In this document: positions 28,797 to 38,513 of the stretch, piece after piece
Numbering within the stretch: position 1 is the first letter of the stretch
How the letters are laid out: each line of letters begins with the position of its first letter
Source: Patescibacteria group bacterium
Lineage (GTDB): Bacteria; Patescibacteriota; Minisyncoccia; Phycocordibacterales; PALSA-1337
DNA: 64,000 bases
Direction of reading: 5' to 3'
Assembly (NCBI GenBank): GCA_040387635.1
Contig: JAZKDJ010000001.1
Coordinates: 311,453-375,452, forward strand
The notes under the pieces: generated by a model
The model's database searches: none
What the model was told of the DNA's origin: nothing
What the model saw: the letters and a program-made list of their open reading frames with translations, nothing else
Program-made: the position numbers and the translations under genes

Positions 28797-28810
28797 GGTA
28801 TTCGTGTTAG

Positions 28811-29473
28811 TTAAGCCTTCATCTCCTTAACCTTGGCGTCTCGGCCAGGGCGTGGAAGTGATGAGATGCTTGAGAGAGCCTCGATTGCCACTCGCGCGTT
28901 ATTGATCTTGTTCTTGCTTCCAGAAAGGAGCTTGGCCACAATGTCCTTAAGACCTGCGAGCTCAATTACTGTTCGTACTGAGCTTCCTGCCACTACTCCT
29001 CTTCCAGCTACAGGTATCATGATCACGCGTGCGCTGTTGTACTTAGCGTCAACGGCGTGAGCGATAGACATAGATGGAGTTGTCTTCACCTTGATCATGT
29101 TCTTCTTGGCGTCTCGTGTAGCCTTGTCGATAGCTAGCGCTGTGTCACCTGCTTTTCCAAGTCCCACACCCACTCGTCCCTTCTTGTCACCTGCGACAAG
29201 AGCTACGCTGAATGTGAATCGTCGTCCTCCTGATGCGACTCGAGTCACTCGTCGGATGCTGATGATTTTGGAATCAAACTCAGGCTTGATCCTTTCCTTC
29301 TGATCTCGTCCTGGTCCGCCTCGTCGAGGTCCTCCTGTTCGCTTGGCACCACCTCGTGGTCCTCCCCGTCCCATATCATTACCTCGTGGAGCGTGAGCTG
29401 CCGGAGCTGCTGCAGGCGCTGCCGCTGGTGCAGCTGGAGCTGGGTTAGCCGTTGTATCTTGTGTAGTATTCAT
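28811..29473 (-). CDS. rpsE: 30S ribosomal protein S5 with Ala/Pro- and RGG-rich N-terminal extension
   Basis: RVTRVASGGRRF, G.VGVG.GKA. Confidence 0.97.
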   Translation of the reverse strand: MNTTQDTTANPAPAAPAAAPAAAPAAHAPRGNDMGRGGPRGGAKRTGGPRRGGPGRDQKERIKPEFDSKIISIRRVTRVASGGRRFTFSVALVAGDKKGRVGVGLGKAGDTALAIDKATRDAKKNMIKVKTTPSMSIAHAVDAKYNSARVIMIPVAGRGVVAGSSVRTVIELAGLKDIVAKLLSGSKNKINNARVAIEALSSISSLPRPGRDAKVKEMKA

Positions 29474-29478
29474 GATAG

Positions 29479-29820
29479 TTAAAACTTAAGTCCTCCTTCT
29501 CGGGCGCCATCAGCGACAGCTTTGATCTTTCCCGTATAGAGATATCCGCCTCGGTCAAAGACCGCTTTTTCGACCTTCTGTGCAAGTGCTTTTTTAGCAA
29601 TGGCAACACCTAATTCCTTGGCCTGATCAGCCTTTACCTTTGTCTTCAACTCACGTGAGTCTGCTGAAGCAAGAGTCTTACCTGTTGTATCGTCGATAAG
29701 CTGGACGTAAAGATACTTGTTCGATCGGTAAACTGAGATACGAGGCACATCTGCCGTACCTGCGATTTTTGATCGAATTCTCTTATGCCGTCGAGCTATA
29801 TTTTCCTGTTTTTTATTCAT
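29479..29820 (-). CDS. rplR: 50S ribosomal protein L18
   Basis: PRISVYRSN, FDRGGY.Y.G. Confidence 0.97.
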   Translation of the reverse strand: MNKKQENIARRHKRIRSKIAGTADVPRISVYRSNKYLYVQLIDDTTGKTLASADSRELKTKVKADQAKELGVAIAKKALAQKVEKAVFDRGGYLYTGKIKAVADGAREGGLKF

Positions 29821-29836
29821 GTGGATTATTTAAGCT

Positions 29837-30370
29837 TTAAACGGACTTCTTACCCTGCTTACGTCGGATAACTTCCTTCTCGTATCGGATACCTTTTCCC
29901 TTGTAGGGCTCAGGCTTCTTCAGCGCTCGGACTGTAGCAGCAAACTGCCCTACCTTCTCCGCGTTAAGTCCGCTAACAGTAACAATGTTCTTGTCCGCTG
30001 TGACCTTGATGTCATCAGGAATTTCAACCTTTATCTGATGAGAAAATCCGAGTGCGAGATGCAACTCCTTTCCTTTAACGTCAGACTTGAAACCGATTCC
30101 TTCAACAATGAGCTTCTTTTCGAAAGCCTTGTTAACACCGTTGATCATATTCTGAATATGAGCAGCCGCTGTACCCCAAAGAGCTAGCGTCTGAAGATTC
30201 TCTTCTGTAAGAGCAACCGTAACCTGGTTCTCCTTCACCTCCACCTTGATGGTCTCAGGAAACTGTCGTGACAGCTCTCCCAAAGGTCCCTTCACCTTGA
30301 ATAGTCCGCTTGAGAACGTTGCCTCAGTATTCGCAGGAAGATCCATTATTTTTTTGCCGATTCTTGACAT
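29837..30370 (-). CDS. rplF: 50S ribosomal protein L6
   Basis: MSRIGK, PEPYKGKGIRY. Confidence 0.97.
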   Translation of the reverse strand: MSRIGKKIMDLPANTEATFSSGLFKVKGPLGELSRQFPETIKVEVKENQVTVALTEENLQTLALWGTAAAHIQNMINGVNKAFEKKLIVEGIGFKSDVKGKELHLALGFSHQIKVEIPDDIKVTADKNIVTVSGLNAEKVGQFAATVRALKKPEPYKGKGIRYEKEVIRRKQGKKSV

Positions 30371-30392
30371 AATAGTTTGATGTAGGTTTGGC

Positions 30393-30785
30393 TTACCAGA
30401 TTTTGAATAAAACTTCGCCTCCGACCTTTAGTTTTTTCGCATCGATATCGAGAAGGATTCCCTTTGGTGTTGAGAATACAACACTTCCGTAACCGCTCTT
30501 GAATGGGCGGATATCCTTTGATTTCTGATACATTCTTCGTGACGGCTTTGACATTCTGTCTACGCCGGTGATTCGTGGAACTTCGTTTATATAGACAAGT
30601 TCAATGTCTAAGGTTTTATTGACTTTCTTTCCCTTTTTCTCGAAAGACTTTATGTAGCCTGCCTTTTCAAGCACAGCTGCAATGTTCTCTTTGAGGATCG
30701 AGTACGGAAGCGACACAGTTGTCTTCTTTGCGTCGGTTGCGTTCTTGAGTCGGGTAATGAAGTCTGCAATAGGGTCTGTTACCAT
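30393..30785 (-). CDS. rpsH: 30S ribosomal protein S8
   Basis: DPIADF.TR.KN, SKPSRR.Y, GGEV. Confidence 0.97.
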   Translation of the reverse strand: MVTDPIADFITRLKNATDAKKTTVSLPYSILKENIAAVLEKAGYIKSFEKKGKKVNKTLDIELVYINEVPRITGVDRMSKPSRRMYQKSKDIRPFKSGYGSVVFSTPKGILLDIDAKKLKVGGEVLFKIW

Positions 30786-30964
30786 GATGATTTTTTGATG
30801 CCTGGGATTGCACCTCGGTTAGCAAACTCTCTAAAACAAATACGACAGAGATCAAAATCTCTCATATAGCCGTTTTTTCGTCCGCATCGGAAGCAGCGTC
30901 GTACTACTCTCGATTTGAACTTTGGGGGACGAGCCGCCCTAGCTTTTACTGATGTTTTTGCCAT
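30779..30964 (-). CDS. rpsN: 30S ribosomal protein S14, zinc-binding type
   Basis: MAK..., CFRCGR...LCRICFR, PG..KSSW; ATG at 30964. Confidence 0.95.
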   Translation of the reverse strand: MAKTSVKARAARPPKFKSRVVRRCFRCGRKNGYMRDFDLCRICFREFANRGAIPGIKKSSW

Positions 30965-31168
30965 AAGTTCGCCCTTGCGGGCCTTAAATAATGTGGGCTT
31001 TTGATAATAAGAGCCGCCCAAGCCCTGATGTGCCTTATACGAATAACAAAAAGAGAATTGGTTAGCTTCCGAGGATGTTGCCTGCGGCCTGCTTCCAATT
31101 ACTTGGGCATATTTCCAAAGAAAATCTAGGAATATGCGCTGTTTCGCTATGTTTTTAAGGTAATGACA

Positions 31169-31196
31169 ATAGTATCAGGTTATACGGAAAAGTAAA
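31169..31196 (-). promoter_or_regulatory. Promoter for the rpsN-secY segment
   Basis: TTTACT-16 nt-TACTAT with extended TG, followed by a ~200-nt leader. Confidence 0.55.
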
Positions 31197-31202
31197 GAAA
31201 AA

Positions 31203-31233
31203 GGCCGGTTCGCTGACTATCAGCGAACCGGCC
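31203..31233 (-). terminator. Intrinsic terminator of the orphan gene
   Basis: GGCCGGTTCGCTGA/TCAGCGAACCGGCC plus T tract on minus. Confidence 0.8.
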
Positions 31234-31244
31234 CCAAAACCCTT

Positions 31245-32336
31245 CTATGCTTCCGCAGGAGGGCCGTACTTCCGTTCAAATATGTCTCCACCATCCTTCA
31301 TCCTGTCATGAAGCGTGGCACGGATAACGGCTTTGGAACCCGTGACCGTGCGCCACTCGTCGATAATACGCTGGATCAGCTCCAAGTTTTCCTTGCGCCA
31401 TAGGACCCTCTTCACTGTAGGAGAGTGCATAATACTGAATTCAGGGTGATCTAATCCCGCAATCAATGACAGGCGATTACCCGAAAGACAGCCTATCTGG
31501 ACATCGAGCAACCTCTTTCTGTTTTGCCTGAGGTTCGACTGAAGCAAGTCTCCATCGCGCGACAATTTCCCGATCGCAGTAGCTTCTTCAACCAAAACGG
31601 CGAGAGCGCTAGGACTTGTTCCCAACACAGCACCCATAATAGTGCCAAATCCAACCAAATGGTCAGCGGGCTGTTGACGATGAATACATGCTAAGAAAAA
31701 ACGGCGCATATTCAACCAAATTTGGTCACCCCTGAGATTCTGCTCTTTGCTACCAAGCCCTTTAAGCATCACCACGGCCAATTGTGGTGAGATTTTCTCA
31801 CAGCCAGTTCGAAGAGTTTTCTCCAAAGATGAGGCCACTGCAGAGGAGAACTCTCCGAACTCAAGACTGACAATCCGTTCCCAAGCCTTGCGAACCCAGG
31901 TATCGTCCGGTGGAAGTGTCAGCATCACCGAAATTGTTTCAGCCACAAGAAGATGCGTACATCCCCAGACTGAATTTGAATTATGCTTAGCCCAGGGAGA
32001 AATACGGAGTTTGTCGTGCAATTCACCCAACTCCCGCAGTTTCCACTGCGCACGCTCTGTGCATCGCTGAACATCCGAATCCAATACTATTCGGGAACTG
32101 CCCATCGCACGGAATGCGTGCAGCCAGTACTCCAAATAGACCTGAGCATCTGCATCACCTCGTGTCTGAGCAGCATCCGTAACTAGAACTGTCAGTTCGG
32201 CAAGCTGTTCTTTTTCGGGTTTACCTACCAACAGACGCTCGATAACCAGATTCATGGGTCTGCGTTCCACCCCTGCTATCAATGTATTCATACTGTTTAT
32301 GTGCTGCACTTCCCCCTCGAGGAAAGCTCCTCGCAT
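31245..32336 (-). CDS. Hypothetical alpha-helical protein (orphan); start may be the later ATG (MNTL)
   Basis: 363-aa ORF with own promoter and terminator. Confidence 0.65.
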   Translation of the reverse strand: MRGAFLEGEVQHINSMNTLIAGVERRPMNLVIERLLVGKPEKEQLAELTVLVTDAAQTRGDADAQVYLEYWLHAFRAMGSSRIVLDSDVQRCTERAQWKLRELGELHDKLRISPWAKHNSNSVWGCTHLLVAETISVMLTLPPDDTWVRKAWERIVSLEFGEFSSAVASSLEKTLRTGCEKISPQLAVVMLKGLGSKEQNLRGDQIWLNMRRFFLACIHRQQPADHLVGFGTIMGAVLGTSPSALAVLVEEATAIGKLSRDGDLLQSNLRQNRKRLLDVQIGCLSGNRLSLIAGLDHPEFSIMHSPTVKRVLWRKENLELIQRIIDEWRTVTGSKAVIRATLHDRMKDGGDIFERKYGPPAEA

Positions 32337-32457
32337 GCGCCCTCGAGCCCATACGAAGATAGTTTAGGTCGCGAAACGACATGTTCCGCGGATCCGTTAT
32401 TAACCCTACCTCTTAGGGCGTGGAAGTCAATAACAAATTTTAGAGAGCACATAAATT

Positions 32458-33369
32458 CTAAACCCTATTTGCTCTAACTGATTTCATGAAAAAGTACCCC
32501 ACGATAATAAACGTCACCACCGGCGACACCCACGCTGGTATATGAATTCCAAAACCATCGAGAAGCATGATTGTACCCAATCCAGCAATTGAATACATAG
32601 CACCGTTCTTTAAATATTTAAACTTCTTGATTCTCTCAATATTTCCAATAGTAAGCTGCCTAACGACGACTGCTCCAATACCATTTCCAATCAAAATAAG
32701 AGGTACCGACATAGTGAAGGCAAAGGCACCAACCACTCCATCAATTGAGAAGCACGCATCAATTACCTCGAGGTAGAGAATCTTAGACCAGTCACTCATC
32801 CTTGTCTCCCCTTCCATCATGCGACGCTCGGTTGCTTCAGCGTTTTCTTTGAGACCGTGAATGAGGAAGAATGCACTCGAACCAATGACAGCTCCCAAAG
32901 CAATGAAAGCATTTGTTTTCACAGCAGCCCAAACTACCCCAACAAGAATGAACGAAGCGAGTGTGTAGAACCACAAGCCATGCTTAGCTATAAACCGTTC
33001 ACCCATAAGACCGAATTCTTTATCTTCAAGAAATAGCCAATGGAGGAATAGAAAGAGGAGGAAAATACCAGCTCCAACTAACAATATCGGTGCGGCCGTT
33101 TCCACCGCAGTCATAACACTTGGATCGGAACTAAATGAGGCCTTGAATGCCTCCATGATTGTTATTCCTGGAGTAGCTAGCCACACAATGAGCCATGGCA
33201 GCAATCCTCTTACAAGGAAAACTCCCAAGAGTATTCCCCAAACAAGAAAAAATCTCCGTGCCCATGGAGACATTTTTCCTAACACCTCAGCATTGATAAC
33301 TGCGTTATCAATGCTATTGATGACTTCGAACAGTATGAGACCCCCGACTGTAAGTAGGATAGTAAGCAT
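32458..33369 (-). CDS. DUF475 / TerC-family membrane protein
   Basis: E..NSIDNAVINA, LYLEVIDACFSIDGV.GAFA, YLKNGAMYSI. Confidence 0.9.
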   Translation of the reverse strand: MLTILLTVGGLILFEVINSIDNAVINAEVLGKMSPWARRFFLVWGILLGVFLVRGLLPWLIVWLATPGITIMEAFKASFSSDPSVMTAVETAAPILLVGAGIFLLFLFLHWLFLEDKEFGLMGERFIAKHGLWFYTLASFILVGVVWAAVKTNAFIALGAVIGSSAFFLIHGLKENAEATERRMMEGETRMSDWSKILYLEVIDACFSIDGVVGAFAFTMSVPLILIGNGIGAVVVRQLTIGNIERIKKFKYLKNGAMYSIAGLGTIMLLDGFGIHIPAWVSPVVTFIIVGYFFMKSVRANRV

Positions 33370-33436
33370 AGTATCGTTCTTAATATTCTACCTCAAGATA
33401 CTATCTTCTGTCCTGATATTGAAGAAAATAATGGTT

Positions 33437-35479
33437 CTACTGTGTAACAGAAGCTGCTACCATCACGCTTGCGCTTGTCTTAGTCTCTGCTCCTTCCGAG
33501 TCGAATACATAGAAGATAGGAGTATATGTTCCTGCTGACACATAGGAATGAGTAAACGTAGTTGACTGGCTTGCAGTAAATGGTTTACTCATTGCCTTTG
33601 CCGTAGAAACAGAAGGCTCATCTCCCCATACAATGGAATAACTAAGTGATCCTCCTTCTGGATCATACGCGTTCACTTTCCATGTAGCTGTTTCATTCAC
33701 TTTCATGATTGTTGGGAAAGTTCCGCCTGTAATAACTGGAGGTCGGTTTGAAGAGATCGGCAGCGGCTTAGTAGAGGAAACTGGAGATTGCATTATCTTG
33801 GATGCAGGAATCTTTCCTGTAATCGTAGTTCCATCTGTAAACACTATTCCTATAGTTCCACCGGCAAACGAAGTCGTTTCAGGCTGACCATAGAGATCGA
33901 AATAGTTTGTGCCGTTGTAGACATCTATCTTCTGGTTATAGGCTGTATTCTCAAATCCTTTACCCATGACATACAGAGGATAAAGTGATTTTCCTAAAAT
34001 ACTCTTGCTGTCAGTTGTTGCCCATCCTTCCCCGCCGGTATTGGACGTAATGTACACATACTTAATAGTCTTCGTCTCAGGAACATTCACCACAGCTTGC
34101 CAATGCCAGTCATTAGGATTTCGATTGTTTATCGCTGTACCGGGACGGAAATCTCCACTTACCTTATCCTGGTAAGCATCCTGCAATACCGCGCTCACGG
34201 AAGATTGCGAGCCAAGGTCAGTATAAACCACGCTCGAAACCGTTATTGTCTGGTCTGGGCTGTTTGGAACAAACATAATATCTGCCCTACCACCACAAGG
34301 CTCCTTTACGAAAGATCTCATCTTTACCAAATCGTAAGATTGGTTAACCCTAACATTTGCCGCGTCTTCGAATTTACCATCCTCGTTACAATCAAACATT
34401 ACCAAGAGATCGCCTCCATTTACATGAGATATTGAACCTTTCACAAGCAAAGATTTTCCAAGATAATCAATGTCTTCTGATATAAACCCTTCGTAGTCGT
34501 TACGCTTAGGTTCGCTGAACCATCGAAGTGTCGCGGGGGTGTAGGCAGAGATCCCTACCCTTTCATCACATCTATACTGATCGTTGGGCACAGCAGATCT
34601 CGGGAGAACAAGAGAGACGCTATCACACACTGTAACATCATATCTTTGTGGACGTGTTGGCTTCTCGATTCCACTACCAGGTTTGATTGAGAACAAACCG
34701 CTGTATCCCACCTTGTCTCTATAGAGTCCCTCGCTTACTTTTATATAGTAATCATTTCCTCGCGGAATATCGTTTGGAATCGTCCAGGTCAAGTTTGGCG
34801 CATAATTTCCAGTATTGAGTGACAACCGCTGAAAAGAAGGATCGCTCTTCTTCAGAAGAGAAACACTATACTGATCCTTTGCGTTAGACTTCCATGAGAT
34901 CGGAAGGCTTTCCCCATTGTAATAACCAGCATCGGATGAAGGGCTGATTACCTTGATCTTATTTTTGTTTCGTCCTTCAACTACCGTGAATTTCCCATCA
35001 GAATAATCAGTCATTCCACCGACAACCACTTTAACAGCAAATGAAGAAGGCAGAATTCCTGTTGCGTAATATGCAGGAATCGTCCATGTATAAGATCCCG
35101 TGTTAGGAGTTTTATCAATTATCCAATCTTCAAAATAATTGCCCGCGGCATATGTAGGATCCGTATGAGTGTATCCAAGTTCAATTCTCACCTTTTCATT
35201 TCGGGAAGCAACGCTACTGTCCCATGTGATGGTTACTCTCTCGCCAACCCTATAAACTTCACCGCCGTTTGGAGAAATGACCGTCAGATTAGGTGTTACC
35301 GGACAGGCAAATCCAACACAGACAGTCGTCGGTTCAGTGGCTGTCATAGCAGCAAGCTGAGCCTGGAGCTGAGCAATAAGCGTCCTGAGCTCTTCGGTGG
35401 TATAAGCCTGCGCAAACGTCCCTCCTGCAAGCGTTAGCATGAAGGCAATGGCGATGATAATTTTCTTAATGTGTTTCAT
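33437..35479 (-). CDS. Secreted multidomain surface protein (Ig-like SPNGGE domains, C-terminal PKD)
   Basis: Signal peptide, IAQLQAQLAA coiled segment, VISPNGGE..., DPEG..LSYSI.WGD...HSY..AGTY. Confidence 0.8.
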   Translation of the reverse strand: MKHIKKIIIAIAFMLTLAGGTFAQAYTTEELRTLIAQLQAQLAAMTATEPTTVCVGFACPVTPNLTVISPNGGEVYRVGERVTITWDSSVASRNEKVRIELGYTHTDPTYAAGNYFEDWIIDKTPNTGSYTWTIPAYYATGILPSSFAVKVVVGGMTDYSDGKFTVVEGRNKNKIKVISPSSDAGYYNGESLPISWKSNAKDQYSVSLLKKSDPSFQRLSLNTGNYAPNLTWTIPNDIPRGNDYYIKVSEGLYRDKVGYSGLFSIKPGSGIEKPTRPQRYDVTVCDSVSLVLPRSAVPNDQYRCDERVGISAYTPATLRWFSEPKRNDYEGFISEDIDYLGKSLLVKGSISHVNGGDLLVMFDCNEDGKFEDAANVRVNQSYDLVKMRSFVKEPCGGRADIMFVPNSPDQTITVSSVVYTDLGSQSSVSAVLQDAYQDKVSGDFRPGTAINNRNPNDWHWQAVVNVPETKTIKYVYITSNTGGEGWATTDSKSILGKSLYPLYVMGKGFENTAYNQKIDVYNGTNYFDLYGQPETTSFAGGTIGIVFTDGTTITGKIPASKIMQSPVSSTKPLPISSNRPPVITGGTFPTIMKVNETATWKVNAYDPEGGSLSYSIVWGDEPSVSTAKAMSKPFTASQSTTFTHSYVSAGTYTPIFYVFDSEGAETKTSASVMVAASVTQ

Positions 35480-35571
35480 AAAAAGCTGCCCGATAAGTAC
35501 TAATAAATTAATAACTGTGCGAATTGCTTACCAAGCAAGTATACGTCCTAATTTTGAAATAACGACACTTC

Positions 35572-35580
35572 TTATCCACA
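35572..35580 (+). promoter_or_regulatory. DnaA-box consensus (isolated)
   Basis: TTATCCACA. Confidence 0.35.
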
Positions 35581-35616
35581 AACAAAAAACCGCTTTCTTC
35601 AAGCGGTTTTTTGTTT
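35581..35616 (-). terminator. Terminator after rplE
   Basis: AAAAAACCGCTT/AAGCGGTTTTTT. Confidence 0.8.
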
Positions 35617-36173
35617 TATCTCTTCTTTGTAGTAGTTTCCTCTTTCTTGAATGGGAAGCCGAGATATTCGAGATATGTCTCAGTCATCTTTGGATCCTTT
35701 GAAGTAGTAACAACTGTTACTGCGAATCCGAAGACATCCTTGAGCTCTTCGTCTGTAGTCTCAGGGAAGATAGTGTGTTCCTTGATACCTAGAGTATAGT
35801 TACCCATCTCGTCGATTCCATTCTTTGAAATTCCTCGGAAGTCCTTAGTTCGAGGGAATGCGATGTTGATCAATCGATCAAGAAATTCGTTCATTCGTGC
35901 ACCTCGAAGCGTGATCTGGTAACCTACTGGATCCCCTTCTCGCATTTTGAATGAAGCGATAGATTTCTTCGCAACTCGTGTCGCAGGCTTCTGGCCTGTG
36001 ATTCTTCCAAGTCGATCAGCAATAAGCTCTACCTTCTTCTTGTCCTTGATTGAACCTGTTCCGGCGCTTACCACCACTTTGCTGACACGTGGAACCTGCA
36101 TAGGATTCTCAAGCTTGAGCTTATCCTTAAGGCTTACGAACGCTTTGCTTTGTAATTCTTTGACGCTTTTCAT
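35616..36173 (-). CDS. rplE: 50S ribosomal protein L5
   Basis: ITGQKP, ASFK.REG, PR..DFRG, GNY.LGIKE. Confidence 0.97.
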   Translation of the reverse strand: MKSVKELQSKAFVSLKDKLKLENPMQVPRVSKVVVSAGTGSIKDKKKVELIADRLGRITGQKPATRVAKKSIASFKMREGDPVGYQITLRGARMNEFLDRLINIAFPRTKDFRGISKNGIDEMGNYTLGIKEHTIFPETTDEELKDVFGFAVTVVTTSKDPKMTETYLEYLGFPFKKEETTTKKR

Positions 36174-36205
36174 ATCTCTTTAGTTAGTTGAGTTACTCTT
36201 TGGGT

Positions 36206-36466
36206 TTACTTGGCCTTCTCTGCCTTCTTAGCCTCTTTCTTGTCCGCCTTCTTGTCGTTCAGCGCTACGTTTGAAATATGGATAGGCGTAGATACTTCAA
36301 CAATCTGACCTTTCTGGTCCTTTCGTCGGCCCTTCTGGTGCTTCTTCTTGATGTTGATGCCTTCAACGAGAACTCTGTTGATCTTAGGAAAAACTCGAAG
36401 AACCTTTCCTGTCTTGCCTCTGTCGGCTCCTGCGAGCACCTTTACGACTGTGTCTTTTTTAATCAT
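36206..36466 (-). CDS. rplX: 50S ribosomal protein L24
   Basis: KOW motif V..GAD.GK.GKV, VEGIN, PIHISNV; ATG at 36466. Confidence 0.95.
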   Translation of the reverse strand: MIKKDTVVKVLAGADRGKTGKVLRVFPKINRVLVEGINIKKKHQKGRRKDQKGQIVEVSTPIHISNVALNDKKADKKEAKKAEKAK

Positions 36467-36488
36467 GGTAGTGGGAATATTTAAACAA

Positions 36489-36860
36489 TTAGACGATTTC
36501 AGGCGCTCGTGATGCGATAGTCTGGAATCCTCGCTCCTGGATTTCTCGAGGAATAGGTCCGAACACACGTCCTGCAACAGGCTCCTTTCTTCCCTTGTCG
36601 AGGATAACTACTGCGTTCTCATCAAATCGAATGTATGATCCATCCTTTCGTCGGAATGGCTTTGTCTGTCGCACGACAACCGCGCTCAATACATCCTTCT
36701 TCTTGATAGCCTTTCGAGGCTGAGCTTTCTGTACTGAAAGAACAACAAGATCTCCAATCTGAGCATATCGCTTCTTTGAGCTTCCAAGCACTTTGAAGAT
36801 ACGGCCTACTGTTGCGCCGCAGTTATCTGTTATTCGTACTATTGAGCGTGGTTGTATCAT
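36489..36860 (-). CDS. rplN: 50S ribosomal protein L14
   Basis: MIQ...DN.GA, RFDENA.V, RVFGPI.RE. Confidence 0.97.
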   Translation of the reverse strand: MIQPRSIVRITDNCGATVGRIFKVLGSSKKRYAQIGDLVVLSVQKAQPRKAIKKKDVLSAVVVRQTKPFRRKDGSYIRFDENAVVILDKGRKEPVAGRVFGPIPREIQERGFQTIASRAPEIV

Positions 36861-36880
36861 TGTAGTTTAGTTAGAGGTCT

Positions 36881-37156
36881 TTATTTAGCGTCGACCATCT
36901 TAAATGACTTGTGTCGTGAGATCGGTCGGCATGACTCGATAGTCACCTTGTCCCCCACCTTCTTTGTGTTTCCAGGGTCATGAACCTTGAATCGCTTCTT
37001 GAGATTGAGGAACTTCTGATACTTGTCGTCCTTCACGTATCGCTGGATCAAAACGACTGCTGTATCCTTCATTTTATCTGACACGACAGTTCCCTCAAGC
37101 TGCTTTCGCTTTGGTTCCGCCTTTGGCATTGGTTGTGTTGGGGTCTTCTTTTCCAT
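36881..37156 (-). CDS. rpsQ: 30S ribosomal protein S17
   Basis: G.VVSDKM.DT, HD, GD.V.I..CRPIS. Confidence 0.97.
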   Translation of the reverse strand: MEKKTPTQPMPKAEPKRKQLEGTVVSDKMKDTAVVLIQRYVKDDKYQKFLNLKKRFKVHDPGNTKKVGDKVTIESCRPISRHKSFKMVDAK

Positions 37157-37161
37157 AATAA

Positions 37162-37383
37162 TTATTTAGTCTTTGTCTCCTTAGCCTTAGCCTTTTTAGC
37201 GATACCATCTCGTAGGCTGAGTTCTGTGAAAGATCGTGCAATATCCTTTCGGAGAGCATGCACTTCCTTTACGTTCTTCGCTGAATTAGTCATCGAGCCA
37301 AATCGAATCTTTCGAAGGCTTTCCCTCTTTTCAACGATGCTCTTCATGAGATCCTGCACTGATTTTTCCTTGAGTTCTTTCAT
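37162..37383 (-). CDS. rpmC: 50S ribosomal protein L29
   Basis: LR..RF...RKDIAR..T; position in operon. Confidence 0.9.
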   Translation of the reverse strand: MKELKEKSVQDLMKSIVEKRESLRKIRFGSMTNSAKNVKEVHALRKDIARSFTELSLRDGIAKKAKAKETKTK

Positions 37384-37394
37384 AGTAGTTCTAG

Positions 37395-37826
37395 TTAAAA
37401 GTCATGTCTGCTTACCACGCGTGTTCGAACTGAGAGCTTTGCTCCAGCTTTGAGAAGCGCGTCATTCGCAACCTTCTCTTCGACTCCGTCGACTTCAAAC
37501 ATGATTCTGCCAGGCTTAACAACGCACACGAATCCTACTGGGTCTCCCTTTCCCTTACCCATCTTTACTTCAGCTGGCTTCTGAGTGAAAGGTCGATCTG
37601 GGAAAACTCGAATCCATACCTTGCCGGCCTTTGAAGCGTATCGAGATACAACCTTTCGTGCTGCTTCGATCTCGTTAGAGGTAACTCGTCCAAAGCTTGT
37701 AGCCTTGAGACCATATGAGCCGAACGCGAGCTTGATACCGCGCGTCTCCACCATATTCGCAATCTTCTTTGCGTTTTGTCGGCCTGTGTGCCACTTTCGG
37801 AATTTTACTTTCTTTGGGAATAACAT
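37395..37826 (-). CDS. rplP: 50S ribosomal protein L16
   Basis: PKKVKFRK, WIRVFPD.P, MGKGKG. Confidence 0.97.
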   Translation of the reverse strand: MLFPKKVKFRKWHTGRQNAKKIANMVETRGIKLAFGSYGLKATSFGRVTSNEIEAARKVVSRYASKAGKVWIRVFPDRPFTQKPAEVKMGKGKGDPVGFVCVVKPGRIMFEVDGVEEKVANDALLKAGAKLSVRTRVVSRHDF

Positions 37827-37836
37827 GGTGGTATTA

Positions 37837-38508
37837 CTATTTCTTTATATCCTTATTGAAAACCTCTCCCTTATAGATCCATACCTTGATACCGATTCCT
37901 CCGTAAGTCATATTAGCCTTTTCTTCAGCATAATCAATATCCGCTCGTAGTGTCTGAAGTGGGATCTGACCTCTCTTAAGGTCTTCCTGTCGTGCCATTT
38001 CAGCACCTCCAAGTCGTCCTGAAAGCTTTACCTTTACTCCGAACACATCTCGCTGCGCAGTAACCTTCTCGATTGTCTGCTTGAGCACTCGTCGGAATGG
38101 AAGTCGCTTCTCAAGTCCTTCTGCAACCATCATAGCTACGATCGCTGAGTTAGACTCAGGGTTCTTAACCTCCTGAACGTCGAGCTTAAGTTCTTTTCCA
38201 GCAAGAGAAATCTTGTGCTTCTTGAAAATTCTTTCAATCTTCTCTCGAAGCTTGATGATTCCCTCTCCGTTTCGGCCAATGATCATACCAGGACGTGATG
38301 TCTTGATAATGATTGTCATAGACTTCTGGTTTCGCTCGATATGAACGTCTGCTAGGAAAAAATATCGGAGTTCCTTCTTAAGGAATTCTCGGAGGATAAG
38401 ATCAGCCTTGAGGTATGCTCGGTATTCCGCGTTTGTCGCGAACCATCGGCTTTTCCAGTCTCGAATGATGCCTAGTCTATGTGAATATGGGTGTACGGAG
38501 TGTGACAT
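37837..38508 (-). CDS. rpsC: 30S ribosomal protein S3
   Basis: RPGMIIGR.G, SGRLGGAEMAR, PLQTLRADIDY. Confidence 0.97.
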   Translation of the reverse strand: MSHSVHPYSHRLGIIRDWKSRWFATNAEYRAYLKADLILREFLKKELRYFFLADVHIERNQKSMTIIIKTSRPGMIIGRNGEGIIKLREKIERIFKKHKISLAGKELKLDVQEVKNPESNSAIVAMMVAEGLEKRLPFRRVLKQTIEKVTAQRDVFGVKVKLSGRLGGAEMARQEDLKRGQIPLQTLRADIDYAEEKANMTYGGIGIKVWIYKGEVFNKDIKK

Positions 38509-38513
38509 GACAA

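Noticed and set aside
32318-32332. GAGGAAAGCTCC resembling RNase P RNA P4
   Set aside because: It is part of a local hairpin; no matching 3' P4 strand or room for the rest of RNase P RNA
35572-35580. Replication origin from DnaA boxes (also 26774 and a near-match at 48301)
   Set aside because: Boxes are isolated, not clustered, and there is no dnaA/dnaN nearby
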